A stretch of 63,841 nucleotides of DNA, filler included, from Vezdaea acicularis (Eukaryota), in assembly GCA_026025075.1 (NCBI GenBank). It is 3 parts of 3 records of this genome, joined end to end, with 100 filler letters (N's around TTAATTAATTAA, not from the genome) between each part and the next. Parts side by side here need not be neighbours in the genome. Positions count along the whole stretch, not along the records: positions 48,716 to 63,841 come from JAPEUI010000225.1; 2 more parts are not named here. One strand, given 5' to 3'. Position numbers and translations under genes: made by a program. Positions 51,628 through 63,717 of the stretch are shown piece after piece. Positions within the stretch are counted from its first letter, which is position 1, and every line of letters starts with the position of its first letter. Under the pieces are notes generated by a model. That model worked only from the letters and a program-made list of their open reading frames with translations. It was not told where the DNA came from and did no database searches.

Positions 51628-54339
51628 CTCTGGTCCTCTTGACTGATAAGTAGAGAAAGAGAACGGTGTCGAGGTGTGGAGATTCTGCATTCAATCTGGG
51701 GCGAGATATGGATCGAGCGCCCGTTCCGTCAGCGCATATATGTTCACATGTCTAGTAGCAGGTAGAGGCTGGAGAACGGCGGGGATCCCTGGAGGCTTGA
51801 ACGGAGTAAGCATCTCAGACGTTTCTATTAGTGGATTCTAAATTGTAGCTGGCTTGTCTGAAAGGCCGTTTGAGAGTTCCATTGGTGTTTGAGGGGCCGG
51901 CGGGCGTCGCGCAGGCGGGGATGGTGCTGACTGGGGATGGTGCCGAAAGGATGCGCACCACTGAGCGTGTCGGACTCATCGACGGCGGAAAACCATTGAT
52001 TGGCCGCCATCGTGCAGCCTGCTAGAGCACCGCCATGAAAACGCTCGATCTTGAAGGGATCCCCGTAATGATCCTTGACGCTGTCATCTCGCCCATGAGG
52101 TGCTGAATGGAGGATCGCCGCTCGCCGTAGAATGTTCGATGGACATGGAAAAGGCATATCCCCACAAAATTGGGCAAGTGCCCAATGTTGCCGTCGACTT
52201 GCTAGGACTTGGACCGCCATGCTTCCTGATCGCGCCGCCAGCTGAGGCATTTGGCGCAGCGAATCTCATTTTCACCCGGGACGGGATCGGAACCCTAGGA
52301 GCTTGGATCGCATGGATGGTGGCGAGTCCCTCTACACTTCTGGCAGTCTTCCTCTTACGTCCGCAACGTTGATGCAACACCAAGCGTTTCTGACGATATG
52401 GGGAGATGATTCTGGTGGTGAGGCGGAGACATTTGTCTCACGGCTGTCGGAAGGGGCTCGGCACTGGCATTACGGGGGAGCCATTGGGAGGTGGCATGGA
52501 GGAGCCTAGTTTGCTGAAGACTTCGCGATGGGAGGATCATTCGCTACCGAACTTCGCGACGACTACTCCTTCCGCATAACTAAGGGCACTCTGTAGTACC
52601 GTACGTACTGTATCTGACGGCCTGTGTGATAGCATAGGAACGATGGAACGAGTTCTAGTACAAGTCCATTTTATGGGTGACTATTCGGAGCTGCTCTGCA
52701 TGCAGGGAATTAGGGTTAGCGCGAAAGAGACTCGACGGTGATGCACTTTTTGTAGGTACTCCGTCTGTGGTCAATTTTACATATCCTTCGAATAATGTGG
52801 CGAAATTCCAGAGGAGTCCTTTGATACTGCCTTGTGCCAGTTCGACCATGGCTCGGCCATATTTGCCAACAACGGCGACCCGACCATGCTTGTGGACCAG
52901 GGCGCAATGCCATCAATAAGCCTCCAGTCAAGCAACCCAGAGAGTAAGAGGTCTTACCCATCATTTTCAGGATAATACTAACGACAATAGGGTTTAGACC
53001 TTCTGGCCAAAGAAAATCAGCTCCATGAATTTACAGCCTATGTCTAGGCTACTGGAAATCATGCTTGTACTTGATAAATTCCCCATCTGAACTATCTCGG
53101 CTAGTTCAATTCCGAAGGTATCTTTCTCAGCTTATATTCTGGGGTTATTCCCAAGCTTGCAGCTTAATGGCTGGTGGTCGGAGTTCAAGCTCTCCTCTCT
53201 CAAGATGATAACCTAGCGGAAGAAAATCTTGAACCTAGGGCCACCGATGTGCCATAGAGTAAAGACAGAAGCTATTGTCCAGGATCTAGCTTTAAGACTG
53301 GCACCAAGCCCAGTGCCTCAATTTTCGTACCTTATCAAGAAACTTCACTTGATCGACTCTCTTTATGAACGCAAACATTGCTCATTACGCTCCGAAAAGC
53401 ATGGTTCTAGAACAACGCTTGACTCATTACAGTCTCACTACCTGGCCAATTCCATCCACTATTGAAGTGCTGGAGCACTTTCGTTGAAAGGAAGAAAGTG
53501 AATTTTAGCGTCTTTCATGGGACATGAAGCGATTTCTAAGTACAGCTTAGCAAGTGCGAGAAGAACGCTATCCCCGACTCCAAGGAGACCTTCTTCCGCC
53601 TCTAAACTCCTCAATCCATGGCAATGTTTAAGATTTGGTACCTACGACCGCAACAAGATCGACTATTACTTGCGATAGTTGTATCTTGCTTGGTTCTCAA
53701 GCTAAAGACCGAGTCCTTATAGAGAGCGACTTCGCTGATCCTCACGAACAAAGTCCTGGAGATTGCTGGGACGTCAACTGAAGAGCCAACTGCGAATAAG
53801 GTAGCTGTCTCACGTGTGCGATGAACGAGCATGAACGGGAGCTGCTTCGATACTGCGACAAATGTCCAAGCTAGAGCTAGTGCAAACCCCACCAAGATAG
53901 CATACCTAAAGACTAAAAGACTAGTAGTTGATCCTTATACTTGAACTTGGCTCAAGAATGGATTCGCGTTCTATTTTTCACACTAATCTGGCTATCTTAG
54001 GAATCTAGTTCTCAAAATCCGAGGTACTAGCCTGCTAGCACAGACCATATAGAGGTAGAGCTGACCGCTTGGGCCAGCTCAACTCATCTCGTGTCCTAAA
54101 GCAGAAATGCCGCGACCCACCTTTCCACCCTACGCTCTTTCCTTTACGTGATCCTCTGCGCGCAGTGGCCAAGGCCGCGCCGGATTGCAACAAGCGACGT
54201 TGGCTGACTTCGATTCAAACTCACCAACGACGACTTACGTCGGCTCTGATGGCTATCCATCTGTTCATCTTCATCTACTACGTTTGACCTTGTTGGGTCT
54301 CCAAGCCCTAACGTGGCCTTGTAGCGCAAACGTTACGTG

Positions 54340-55203
54340 ATGACCTCCCGAATACCCTGGAATCGTACTCTCATGCTGTGGCTTCTCAGTGCGGAGACGC
54401 TTTCAGCCTTCCTTGTCCTCTGCGTCTCAGCATCTGAGCTGACACAAGACGAAGCTAAACAAGGGGAGACGTTTTTCACATCGATAGCGACCTTCGTTCG
54501 CCTCATGTTCTCCATAACTGCATCACTCTTCTTCGGCACATTTGCCAGCGTCTTCTACTGGCGTAGGGTGCCCCCGAGCATAGTGGCGACAACATGTCTG
54601 CTGTGGAGCGTTTGCTGGCTTGCGATGTTGGGATACCACTGTTTTGTCGTGTTCTCCCTTAGCGGAGATCTGAGAAAATGTGGGCATATAACGGATCCAG
54701 ACTCGTGGTGCAAGAGTGTTCGGCTGAGCTATTCTGCTCTACCTTTTCTGGGGACAAGTTTGTAAGCCGAAACAATCCCTCATTGCCTCCCCTCATAGTA
54801 TACAGATACCGTGAGAGTATATCAATGATCTAATGTCATGCCTGCCTGCAGACTCCTCAGTATATGCCTAACTTTTACTTCCTATCACGTCCTCCAAAGG
54901 ACACGACACCTCCGCGAGGCGCATGCCTCACTCGGTGCCCGCCGGGGCAAGCGCAAAAGGCAAACATGGGTTTCCCACAATGAAGAGATACCGCTCTGGC
55001 ATCTGCGGCGGTCAACCTCGCATCAACCTCATCTATCGACGGTGCAGGAGTCTGCCCACAGCACACAGCAATCGCGGGAAGTGGTGGAAGACGTCGGGAG
55101 CGTCGAGACGAGGAAGGAGAGAAAGAGCTCGGAAGAGACGGCAAGTCTCAAAGAGGAGACGATGGGGATCGAGAGGGAATATATGGGGACACGGGGGTTT
55201 TGA
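54340..55203 (+). CDS. Orphan four-TM membrane protein (paralog B)
   Basis: Exons 54340-54761 and 54852-55203 (GTAAGC..CTAAT..CAG). Four hydrophobic segments, a Cys pair and a basic/charged tail; aligns by eye to paralog A. Confidence 0.78.
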
Positions 55204-58200
55204 AGTAAATACGCGGTCTTCATGCTGGCTGTGCTACAGGGGTCGCGAGTCCAGGGACGGTGGTGGCCAAGTCCACCGACCTACTGTTACCAATAACGAT
55301 CTATGAGCGTTTTGTCTTAGTTTGGGCGGTTCTCTAGCATGCAAGGATCGATAGAAACTTTTTTCTTGGTATGTCTGCGAGTTGTGTAGTTGAAATAGAG
55401 TACTGGCTCGCTATGCGGTACCAAGATATTGACCATCTCATCTTGAACTTGCATTGATTTCATGATGATCCGGTAATTCGAGATTCAACCCCAACATCTG
55501 GGGTTACCTTGGGGTGGGGTTCACGTCTCAAGGCTAGGGCTGATCGGACAGGGGACGGAATTGATGCCATGCCATATCGGGGAGTGCACTTTGTCAGTTA
55601 CACGGCCTTTTTGAGCGGAAATATTACGGCGGTCAAAGCAGCCTTTCAAGCTGGAAAGACAGATACAGTCATGACGTCAGGCAGACCATCTGAGGTCGTG
55701 GGAAAGGGCAATCTCACGCGGCGACGCGCGAACGTGTCGAGGTGGGTCTGCCCGTAATTTTCGAGAGCAAACAGTCCATCTACGGGGCCCATCAAACCGT
55801 CGCCGGGCCGGCGGGGAGGATTTTTCGATAGTCGCGCTGTCACGTGTCAGGCCACGGTCGACCAGTCACGGGTGAGATGGATCGTAATGAGATTGGCAGA
55901 GACCGAAGTTGGGGCTGCCTGCATGGAACGGATTCAATCGTGATGATGATACTCCGTCGTACCAATAACAGGGGAGTGATCGACGAATCTATCGCTGTTG
56001 CCTTCGAGGGCAGACTTGCGGTCCTTTCGTCAATAACCGCACTGGAAATTCTGCGTCTCTGTCCCTCCTTGAAGATTTTCGTGTCTGGGCAGCTGTAAGG
56101 GCTCGGTCATGGAAAAAGGCGAGGGGGGAAGGCGCGGCCGATCCGAGCGTGGCTGCCCAGGTCGGGTGTTTCACTTGCGCTTGCGGCTGAAACGCAGGTC
56201 CCCCCTTGCCGAATGCAAGACCCGTCACTTTACGCGACAGGATCATATCACCATCACGTCCGGGGCACATTGGTGTTGAGAAAGCGCTGCAAGCCATGAC
56301 CGATCGAAAAGAGAAAGAGCGGAGAAGACACTGTGGCCAGGAGTCGCTCTGGCAAACAGCCAAGTCGGCAATCCCATTTGCGCGGACTGGCCAAGGCCAC
56401 GACAAATAGAGTTATCGATAGCAATCTCGCTACAAGACCCCTGGCCGCCCTTGGACGCCCGACGCCCAGTTGCTGGCAGTGTCCCAGGTCGCGCGACATG
56501 TTCGCGTCAGCTGAACGAGCCGGGGAGCCCTGGATCAATGTTACGTCCACTGACGACTGATCCACCCAGACGCCGGAAGATGGTTGTTCCTCGAGGAGAC
56601 CGGGTATGATATGGATAGGGTGGTATCTTTGGGGATGGCGAACGACGAGGCCAGGTTGGACCGTGGTGAGATTGGCTGATGCAGGTACGCGCATCCCTTT
56701 GCTTGCCCCCCCCTCGCAACCCCGTTGGCGCGTTCAGGCGACGGTGGGTGCGTCGGCCTCCCGCTCTCGCTAAGGTAGCCATCCCGTCGGCTTCCTGGTT
56801 ACGGTAAGGGAGACCGCTCGAAATGAAAGGTGCGCAAGGAAACCTCCTCTCAGCGCTCTTTCCTCCGCCGGTTGCGGCAATCGCGACCGATCTTTGGTGG
56901 CGCTCCCATTTCAAAAAGGAAGGCAGCCCCCTCACGGCGCCGCTTGACCGGTCTTCCCCGATCGGGAATCGCGGCGTACCGGCTGCCTGGAGGCCGGCGA
57001 GCGGCCTACGACGTAGTACGGGGCCCAGCCTTTCGGAAGCGAGGGTAACGGAGGATACGAGAAGTGTCGGGCGGAAAAAAAAGGAAAGCGGGCGATTGTG
57101 GCGTGAAGAGATCAGCGATGAGCGTTGCAACGTTGCGAGATGACGGTGGATAGCGTGCGACGGGATGAAAAAGAGGACTTTACAGGAGATGGGCGAGGAG
57201 GAAAACGTGAGGGAGCCCATTCACGCCGTTGGAAGGTGAGGGCGGCTAATGCAGGTGCCGGTCGGCGAGCGCCAATGAGAGCGCCGGCTGTGCCATGCCC
57301 GTCCACGGCTCTGTCCCAGTCGCGGAAGAAGGCCGATTTAGCCCGCCATTAGCTCCTCCTTGCGCGGCGCCGCCGGCGAAGAAAGTCTTCAGCGTCGTGA
57401 GCATCGCGACCGTCGCGACGGGTGAGCTCACCCGTCGTTGACTGTTTGCACCTCTCACGAATCATCGCCGTCTACCGTCCGCAATCAAGGCGACTGCCGC
57501 TGCCCTTGGCCCTTGCTCGCTTCCTCCATCATGGTTGTGTGACGCACCAGTGACGAAGGGGAGCTGTGTACCCCGACCATACGGGCTTAGTATCTCGATG
57601 CAAGGGCAATCAACACTCAAGATTCGGGGGAAGGTTTCCGTTTGCACGACCGCTCATTTCACGCTCAGCTTGTCCACCGCACCGCCCTTCAGGCCGTTCG
57701 ATTGCTTGAGCTCTGGGGATTGTTGGCGGAACTTGCTGGAGTGACACTGTGACTGGTCGTTTTCCTCGTCCTATGGCGGAGGAGTAGACAGGGTGGGGAC
57801 GCTGATGATCTTGGATGAATTCGCTCCTTGCACCGTTCTGTCTCGCCCAACCCCAACCCTCTCCTCTATCTCCCCCTTCGCCCCTCTCTCCGCGCCATGG
57901 AAACTTCTTCCCCCAGCATTCTCCCATTCTCTCCCATTCTCGTGCCCCTCCCCCCTCCCTCCCATCACCCGCGTCGCCCTTGTCCGTCGTGTGTCACGCT
58001 AACACGCGCCGTCCAATCACAGTACCCAAGCGAGGGAAAAGCTGCAGCCGCCATTCGCTAGGTCTGCCGGCTTTCCCCTGATCCATCCCCCCCCCCGGCC
58101 AAAGTCCCACACCAAGAGGGAAAGGAGACGAGGTTGAGAGAACCGGTCATGGATTTCGAGATAACCCAAAATTACCCTACACTTTGCCTTCAACCTTTTT

Positions 58201-58909
58201 CCCTTCATGAACTTACAATCCCTTCTGCACCCGCGCTCGACTCCGTCGTCCTCTGTTCGCCGACCATTGTCATTCATTTTCGAATCTGCTCCGCGTGGAA
58301 CGCTCCTTTCTCTCCAACCTTTCGATTACCATAGCTTCTCGCGCCTGGCTCGCGGCCCTCGTCTATCAGCTCAACGCAGGTACCACCGCAACAACAAAAC
58401 GCACGGTCCTACCGAAGAACCGATACCTTACACCAGCTACTCTGGAGTGGGACTCAATCCATCCATCCGTTCATTCATTCATTCCTCTATCGGTTGTGTC
58501 AATCCTTACTTCAATCGGTCGATGACAGAACTGGCTGCCTCCCGACCCAATTCGGCTTCATTTCTACTGCGGCGAGCCGACGTGTTTGTACGACGCACTT
58601 TTGGATTGGATAGCAATCTTGGATGTCATTGAAGATCATCATCTTTGGATGAATACCTTTTTATTTCTCTACACTTCGCCAACCTGCCATCGTCCACAAC
58701 TTGTACCCGCGCTCAGACGCCGGAATTTTCTCGACAGAACCCGTTTTTCCCCTTCAAGATAGAACTGTATGAGGCTTCGAACGCACATCTTAGTACAGCC
58801 TGGTAGCGTTCACAGATTCCAAGGGTATCATTGGCTTGGTCGTTGATCGACTATACAATCGAATACCGCCTTTTGCTTCATCAATCCCGTCCGGAATACC
58901 CGACTCAAA

Positions 58910-61900
58910 ATGAACCGGTTCAGGACAAGGAGAAAGGCCAAGGAGGTGGAATCGGAGTCCGCATCGATGCCACTGTCTGGAAAGTCGTTTTTGCGGGGTA
59001 AGAAGAATCCATCGCCGCCTAAAGTCGAATTGGACCTTAGCTCGGCACTTCCGTCATCCGATGACTTTCGAACAAGCCTGATCATGCCCAATCTCTCGGC
59101 AAGATTCAGCATGTTGCGAGAGCAGGATGATCCGAATTCGAAGATTGGGAAAGCCAATGATGATAGTGTCCTTTTTCCGAAACGGTCTTCAAGACTCGCA
59201 GAGTTCGGATTGGACTCGCCCGCCAAGCTTTCCGATATTGCGGAGGTCTCGTCCATCAATGGCTCAATCAGACCACCCTTCGCAAGCCGCGATAGGCAGT
59301 CTTCCTACGCTTCGGGCATGGATGGATACGGCACAGACGAAGATTCCCAGGCTAGCGGGGTGATGGCCCGGTCAAGGCCTGGAGAGGGCAATAATCTCTT
59401 TGGTGGTCGTCAGAAGATCTACAAGATACCGGTCGGTGCATCGGGATCCACGGCCAATCTGGACTCACCGGGAACTGGACGCGCGATGGGCGGAAAGTTT
59501 CTCTATGAGAACGATGTCAACATGTCCGCTTTTCAACGACTACGAGAAAAGGAGCGGGAACGAGAGCGCCAATTGGAGCGGGAACGGGAGAACCTCGAGC
59601 TCTTCGGTGTAGATCGCACCAGAGATCGGGCCAATTCCCCCCCCTTATCTGGCTACAACAGGAACCGGGAGACGTCTTCCACGACTTCATCCGCACCTTC
59701 GATCGGCCGCATGTCGACTGCCGCAACGTCAGTAGCATCTCAAGGTGCATCTTCGATACGCGGGGGCGGCAGCCGAAGTCGTGAAGAGACAACTCCAAGT
59801 TTGCCCTTGCCGAATGGTACCATCGGGAGGTCTGGAAGCAAAACCCGTCGACTCTACGAACATGGCCTCGATCGGCAGCTCCACGATCACCAGTCTTCTG
59901 CCCTGACAAGATTAGACCAAATAACTCGTCAGCGAACCCTCGGTGGTACTCCTCCACCTGGCCTCTACGCCTCTTTATCGCAGGCAAACAGCGCTACCAA
60001 CCTAAATGAGAGGTACCGCCAAGCCGAGCAAATCCACTCAAGCTCACGCCCCGCTAGCCCGCCACTATCTGCAAGGGCTCAAGGTTTACAAAATTTCGAC
60101 TTTGGAATTGCCCATAACGGATCATCAAGCCCGATTCACGGCTATGGCCAGCTTCCACTCAGTCCACCGATGAGTGAGGGCGATGATAGGTCTAATTTCT
60201 CTCAATTTCCTGATCGCAAAGTCAATGGCCCATCAAGGCAATTTGATGAAAAAGCATACACTGAGCGCCAATTGCAGCTACAACAAGTACGAGGCCTTCC
60301 ATCCCCCCCACGACGTATATCACCGCCACCCGTGGATGCGACTGATGAGCGTGAATCGCAGCGCTCAAGATCAGAGTCTGCCAACCGCCGTAAAGCCTTA
60401 CAACTCGATGGGTTCGATCTCAAAGCGGCTGTGACCAATCGACCTAATTTCCTCGAAAGTCCCAACGCTGCAGCGCCCCAGAAGTCATTGCTGACCTCAC
60501 GCAGCGTGAGTGACATGAGTTCTCAGGGCGAAAGTGAAGCTGAGGGCGAACGGATTCTCTCCGAGTTCGAGGGGCCCGTGAAGCCAACCACCACCAGTAC
60601 GCTGAAAAGACCCGACGACTCGGAGCACCCGGCCTACAAGCAAGAGACACCACCCATATCTCAGCAAGCTCATGCGAAAAAGCCCTCCACCGGAAGTTCA
60701 AAATCATTGGGGATCAAGAGCAGGAAGGGCTCTCTTCCAAGCCTCTCCAGCCCAAGCTTCGACAAAGATTCTCCAACCCTGGGGCCCGCTGCGGGTCTAA
60801 GTGGGCTCGTACGTCAACATCTGCGTAACGATAGCGAATCTTCGTCCTATTACGGCGCCTCAAGCCCCACCAACTCGCAGTTCTTCCCTGACGACTACAA
60901 AACCGGCGCACGATCATCACGAGCTGATATGCAGTCTATCTACTCAAACATGAACCCATGGGATGGCGATGATGCAGCTAGCATCAAGTCGAGCAAAACA
61001 GATAATGCCCCTTCTCTCCCAACGTATAATGATCCCGTGCCCCAGCTTCCTGTCAACTTCAATCGCTCGAACAACCACCGAGCGCAGGATAGCGATATGC
61101 CGGCTAGGTCTGGAAACGGCGGACCTGTTCATGGCCGTGGCGAGAGTGGGGACACCATTCGTGGAAATGCCAACAATCGTCCGACCATTGACCAGGAGAG
61201 GAGGCTCATTCAATCAACTCTGAAACAATCAAGCGAGGGCCGTAACAGATCTGGCAGTAGATCTGCAAATTCCGCCGGTGCACCGAATTCAGCAAGCGCA
61301 AGTCCTGTCAAGCCTGCCGGCTACGGCACAGGGTTCGGAAAGCCTGACATGTATCCGCCGACAAAGGGGACGAGAAATCAGGGAATGGCCCATTCGCCTG
61401 GTCCGAATCACGGATTCCAACAGAACGCGCACCCCAAAGAAGATTACTGGCGTGATGAAGAGGAGAAGATCAAACGAAGTGTGGTCAGGGGCCCGATGAT
61501 ACCGACACCGCAGATGAGACGACAGGAGCGGCGTAATCAAGCCCAGGAGCAACGGCATCGCGGAGAGAGTACCACTAGCAAAGAAGACCTCCAGTCCCCA
61601 AGAGGTTATTCACCTTCTACGTCAAGAGCCTCTGCTCGGGATCGATCAGGCTCCGATACTAGCCGATCTCGAAGTCGAAATGGTGGACATACTAATGATG
61701 GCTCTAACGGTAGCATCAATGGCTACACTGCGTCTCCTCGAAAATATTCAAATGCCCAAGCTCCCAGCCTAGATGTGACTCCTGAGGCAACGTCGGATCG
61801 ATCTGTACCGAGTTCTGGACATAGTAGTGGTCGAACAATTAGCAAGGAGTCTGCAAATGGATATTTCGATCGCACCTTGGGTCCTATCAAGACCTCTGGA

Positions 61901-62524
61901 ATCTCTAGTATGGGGAACTCCGCTCGAGGTTCACCCTTGACTCCCTTCTCAGCTAACTCTACGCCTCCTCTCGACGACTCCCCACCATCCACCGCTGCTG
62001 CGGCTGGAGATATACCACATCGCAACCCGCACGGCTTCCAGAAGTCTGGTCCAATCCCGCGAAATCGCAAAAAGTCTATCAATAAATCAGACATCTCCGA
62101 ACCAACCCTAATCTCGTCCACCTTCTCGAATGATACCGTCAGTCTACCGCCTGGCGCCAGCCTCAGCAATGGTTCCGAAGCTCCACCACTTCCTCCTATT
62201 AATCCTCGCCGTCATCGGCGGCCTACAGCGATGCAAGCTGTGAGTAATGCGCTCCACGGTGGTCGAAGTGAAAAGCGGATCTCACCTCCAATGATGGAAC
62301 ATGGCCGCCAAGCTTCTGACGAACGGAGTACATTCTCGGGCGATGAAGGCGATAGCGACCCTTCTCGGTACCAATTGAGGCTCAAGAAAAGTGCTAGCGA
62401 AGGTGGAAACCTCAATACTAAAGCTCGACAGCAAGCAATGATGGTTCCATCGCCGAGCATGCCTACTATGGGCCCAGGTGGTTCCCCGCCTAAGCGTGTC
62501 GGCGTTGATGGAGGCATGTTCTAG
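58910..62524 (+). CDS. Uncharacterised 1204-aa Ser/Pro/Arg-rich protein
   Basis: Single long ORF with AAAATG context. Ordered-looking blocks DDFRTSLIMPNLSARFSMLREQDDP, GEGNNLFGGRQKIYKI and RKKSINKSDISEPTL sit in an otherwise disordered chain. Confidence 0.85.
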   Translation: MNRFRTRRKAKEVESESASMPLSGKSFLRGKKNPSPPKVELDLSSALPSSDDFRTSLIMPNLSARFSMLREQDDPNSKIGKANDDSVLFPKRSSRLAEFGLDSPAKLSDIAEVSSINGSIRPPFASRDRQSSYASGMDGYGTDEDSQASGVMARSRPGEGNNLFGGRQKIYKIPVGASGSTANLDSPGTGRAMGGKFLYENDVNMSAFQRLREKERERERQLERERENLELFGVDRTRDRANSPPLSGYNRNRETSSTTSSAPSIGRMSTAATSVASQGASSIRGGGSRSREETTPSLPLPNGTIGRSGSKTRRLYEHGLDRQLHDHQSSALTRLDQITRQRTLGGTPPPGLYASLSQANSATNLNERYRQAEQIHSSSRPASPPLSARAQGLQNFDFGIAHNGSSSPIHGYGQLPLSPPMSEGDDRSNFSQFPDRKVNGPSRQFDEKAYTERQLQLQQVRGLPSPPRRISPPPVDATDERESQRSRSESANRRKALQLDGFDLKAAVTNRPNFLESPNAAAPQKSLLTSRSVSDMSSQGESEAEGERILSEFEGPVKPTTTSTLKRPDDSEHPAYKQETPPISQQAHAKKPSTGSSKSLGIKSRKGSLPSLSSPSFDKDSPTLGPAAGLSGLVRQHLRNDSESSSYYGASSPTNSQFFPDDYKTGARSSRADMQSIYSNMNPWDGDDAASIKSSKTDNAPSLPTYNDPVPQLPVNFNRSNNHRAQDSDMPARSGNGGPVHGRGESGDTIRGNANNRPTIDQERRLIQSTLKQSSEGRNRSGSRSANSAGAPNSASASPVKPAGYGTGFGKPDMYPPTKGTRNQGMAHSPGPNHGFQQNAHPKEDYWRDEEEKIKRSVVRGPMIPTPQMRRQERRNQAQEQRHRGESTTSKEDLQSPRGYSPSTSRASARDRSGSDTSRSRSRNGGHTNDGSNGSINGYTASPRKYSNAQAPSLDVTPEATSDRSVPSSGHSSGRTISKESANGYFDRTLGPIKTSGISSMGNSARGSPLTPFSANSTPPLDDSPPSTAAAAGDIPHRNPHGFQKSGPIPRNRKKSINKSDISEPTLISSTFSNDTVSLPPGASLSNGSEAPPLPPINPRRHRRPTAMQAVSNALHGGRSEKRISPPMMEHGRQASDERSTFSGDEGDSDPSRYQLRLKKSASEGGNLNTKARQQAMMVPSPSMPTMGPGGSPPKRVGVDGGMF

Positions 62525-63717
62525 CTTGCACACTATCACGTTCTTCACATCAAGTCATATTGTTGCACACTACTCCCGGCATAAACGAAGCTTTCGAAAT
62601 TTCTTTCACAAAACTTTCATTTCATTTTCTGATGGGCAGAAAATAACGTTGATGGCGCTTGTCTGGGAGCTAGTTGGCCTCTTGGCCTGGCTGTTTGGGC
62701 GATAGAGTCACGTCAGCTACAATATGTTCGATCACATGGCGTATCTCCTCCAGGAGACGTACTACTTATGGATTTTCCTTCATTGTACTTTGTGGCGAAA
62801 GATCTGTTGCGAAGCATACACATGGCGTGATGAGTAATAACTCGTCACGACATACCAAATTTCATTCTTGCTTTAGCTGGCCTAAGCAAGTCAGGACGCT
62901 AGGTGGATATCTGCATTGGTACGGTGTCATATTGGAAAGGAGAGCAGCGTGGAAGAGATTGTATGCATAACAATACAAAAGGTTGCGAAAATAGAACATA
63001 TGACAATAATTATATCTCACGAATTGTCAGAGGTTGTCCAATGGTGACATATCGATGTAAAGTGATCTGTGAACACGTAATGAATTTCTTTGAGATAATG
63101 AAGAGTAGGTTAAATGGTAAGAACGGACACGCGTTTTTTATGAAGTGTAAGTGTCAGCAACCCGCACGAGAGAGAAACGCGAGCCAGATTGTAGTCCCCG
63201 AGGCGACCGGTAGAGATTGCTTGTTTCGAACGTTGCTTCCCAGAAATTTGCGTTACCTGTTCAAGCCTTTATAATCAAGCATGGTAAGCATGAGGCTATA
63301 GAGGATAAAGAGATTACCTTGGACATATAGATCACATTCAATCCCCGCCTAATCGAGCTTGCAGTAAAGTGGAAAACCCCGCAAATCCCAACCTTTCAAC
63401 ATTCTGTTGCTTTTGGGACGCGACAAATGAGAAATGACGGCAAAGAACTTGATCCCCAAGACTGGCACCGCGGGAAAACTGTAAAAGACTACCAGATTTG
63501 TAATCTCTCACTAGCTAAATGTTGTAACTATCAACTATCAAGGACTGCTTGATTGATATGGCTACAAACGTAACTAGATGCACAAAGATCGCTAAATTAT
63601 ATGTCGTATAGCGCGCAAACTTAATTATAGATGCCGTCTGGCTTACCTTGAAGGTATCGTAAGCAGTCGTGGTCAGACGCAGTGCGTTTGGGCGAGCTGT
63701 GCGAAATCCGAAAATTT

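Noticed and set aside
55500..58640. Overlapping ORFs of 100-237 aa upstream of the last gene
   Set aside because: No motifs or consistent exon structure; best explained as GC-rich regulatory or leader sequence, though some may be uORFs.
63185..63225. AGTCCCC...GGTA-GAGAT-TGCT on the plus strand resembling RNase MRP CR-I/P8
   Set aside because: There is no complementary GGGGCTYAC CR-V downstream, and the loop is not GARAR.
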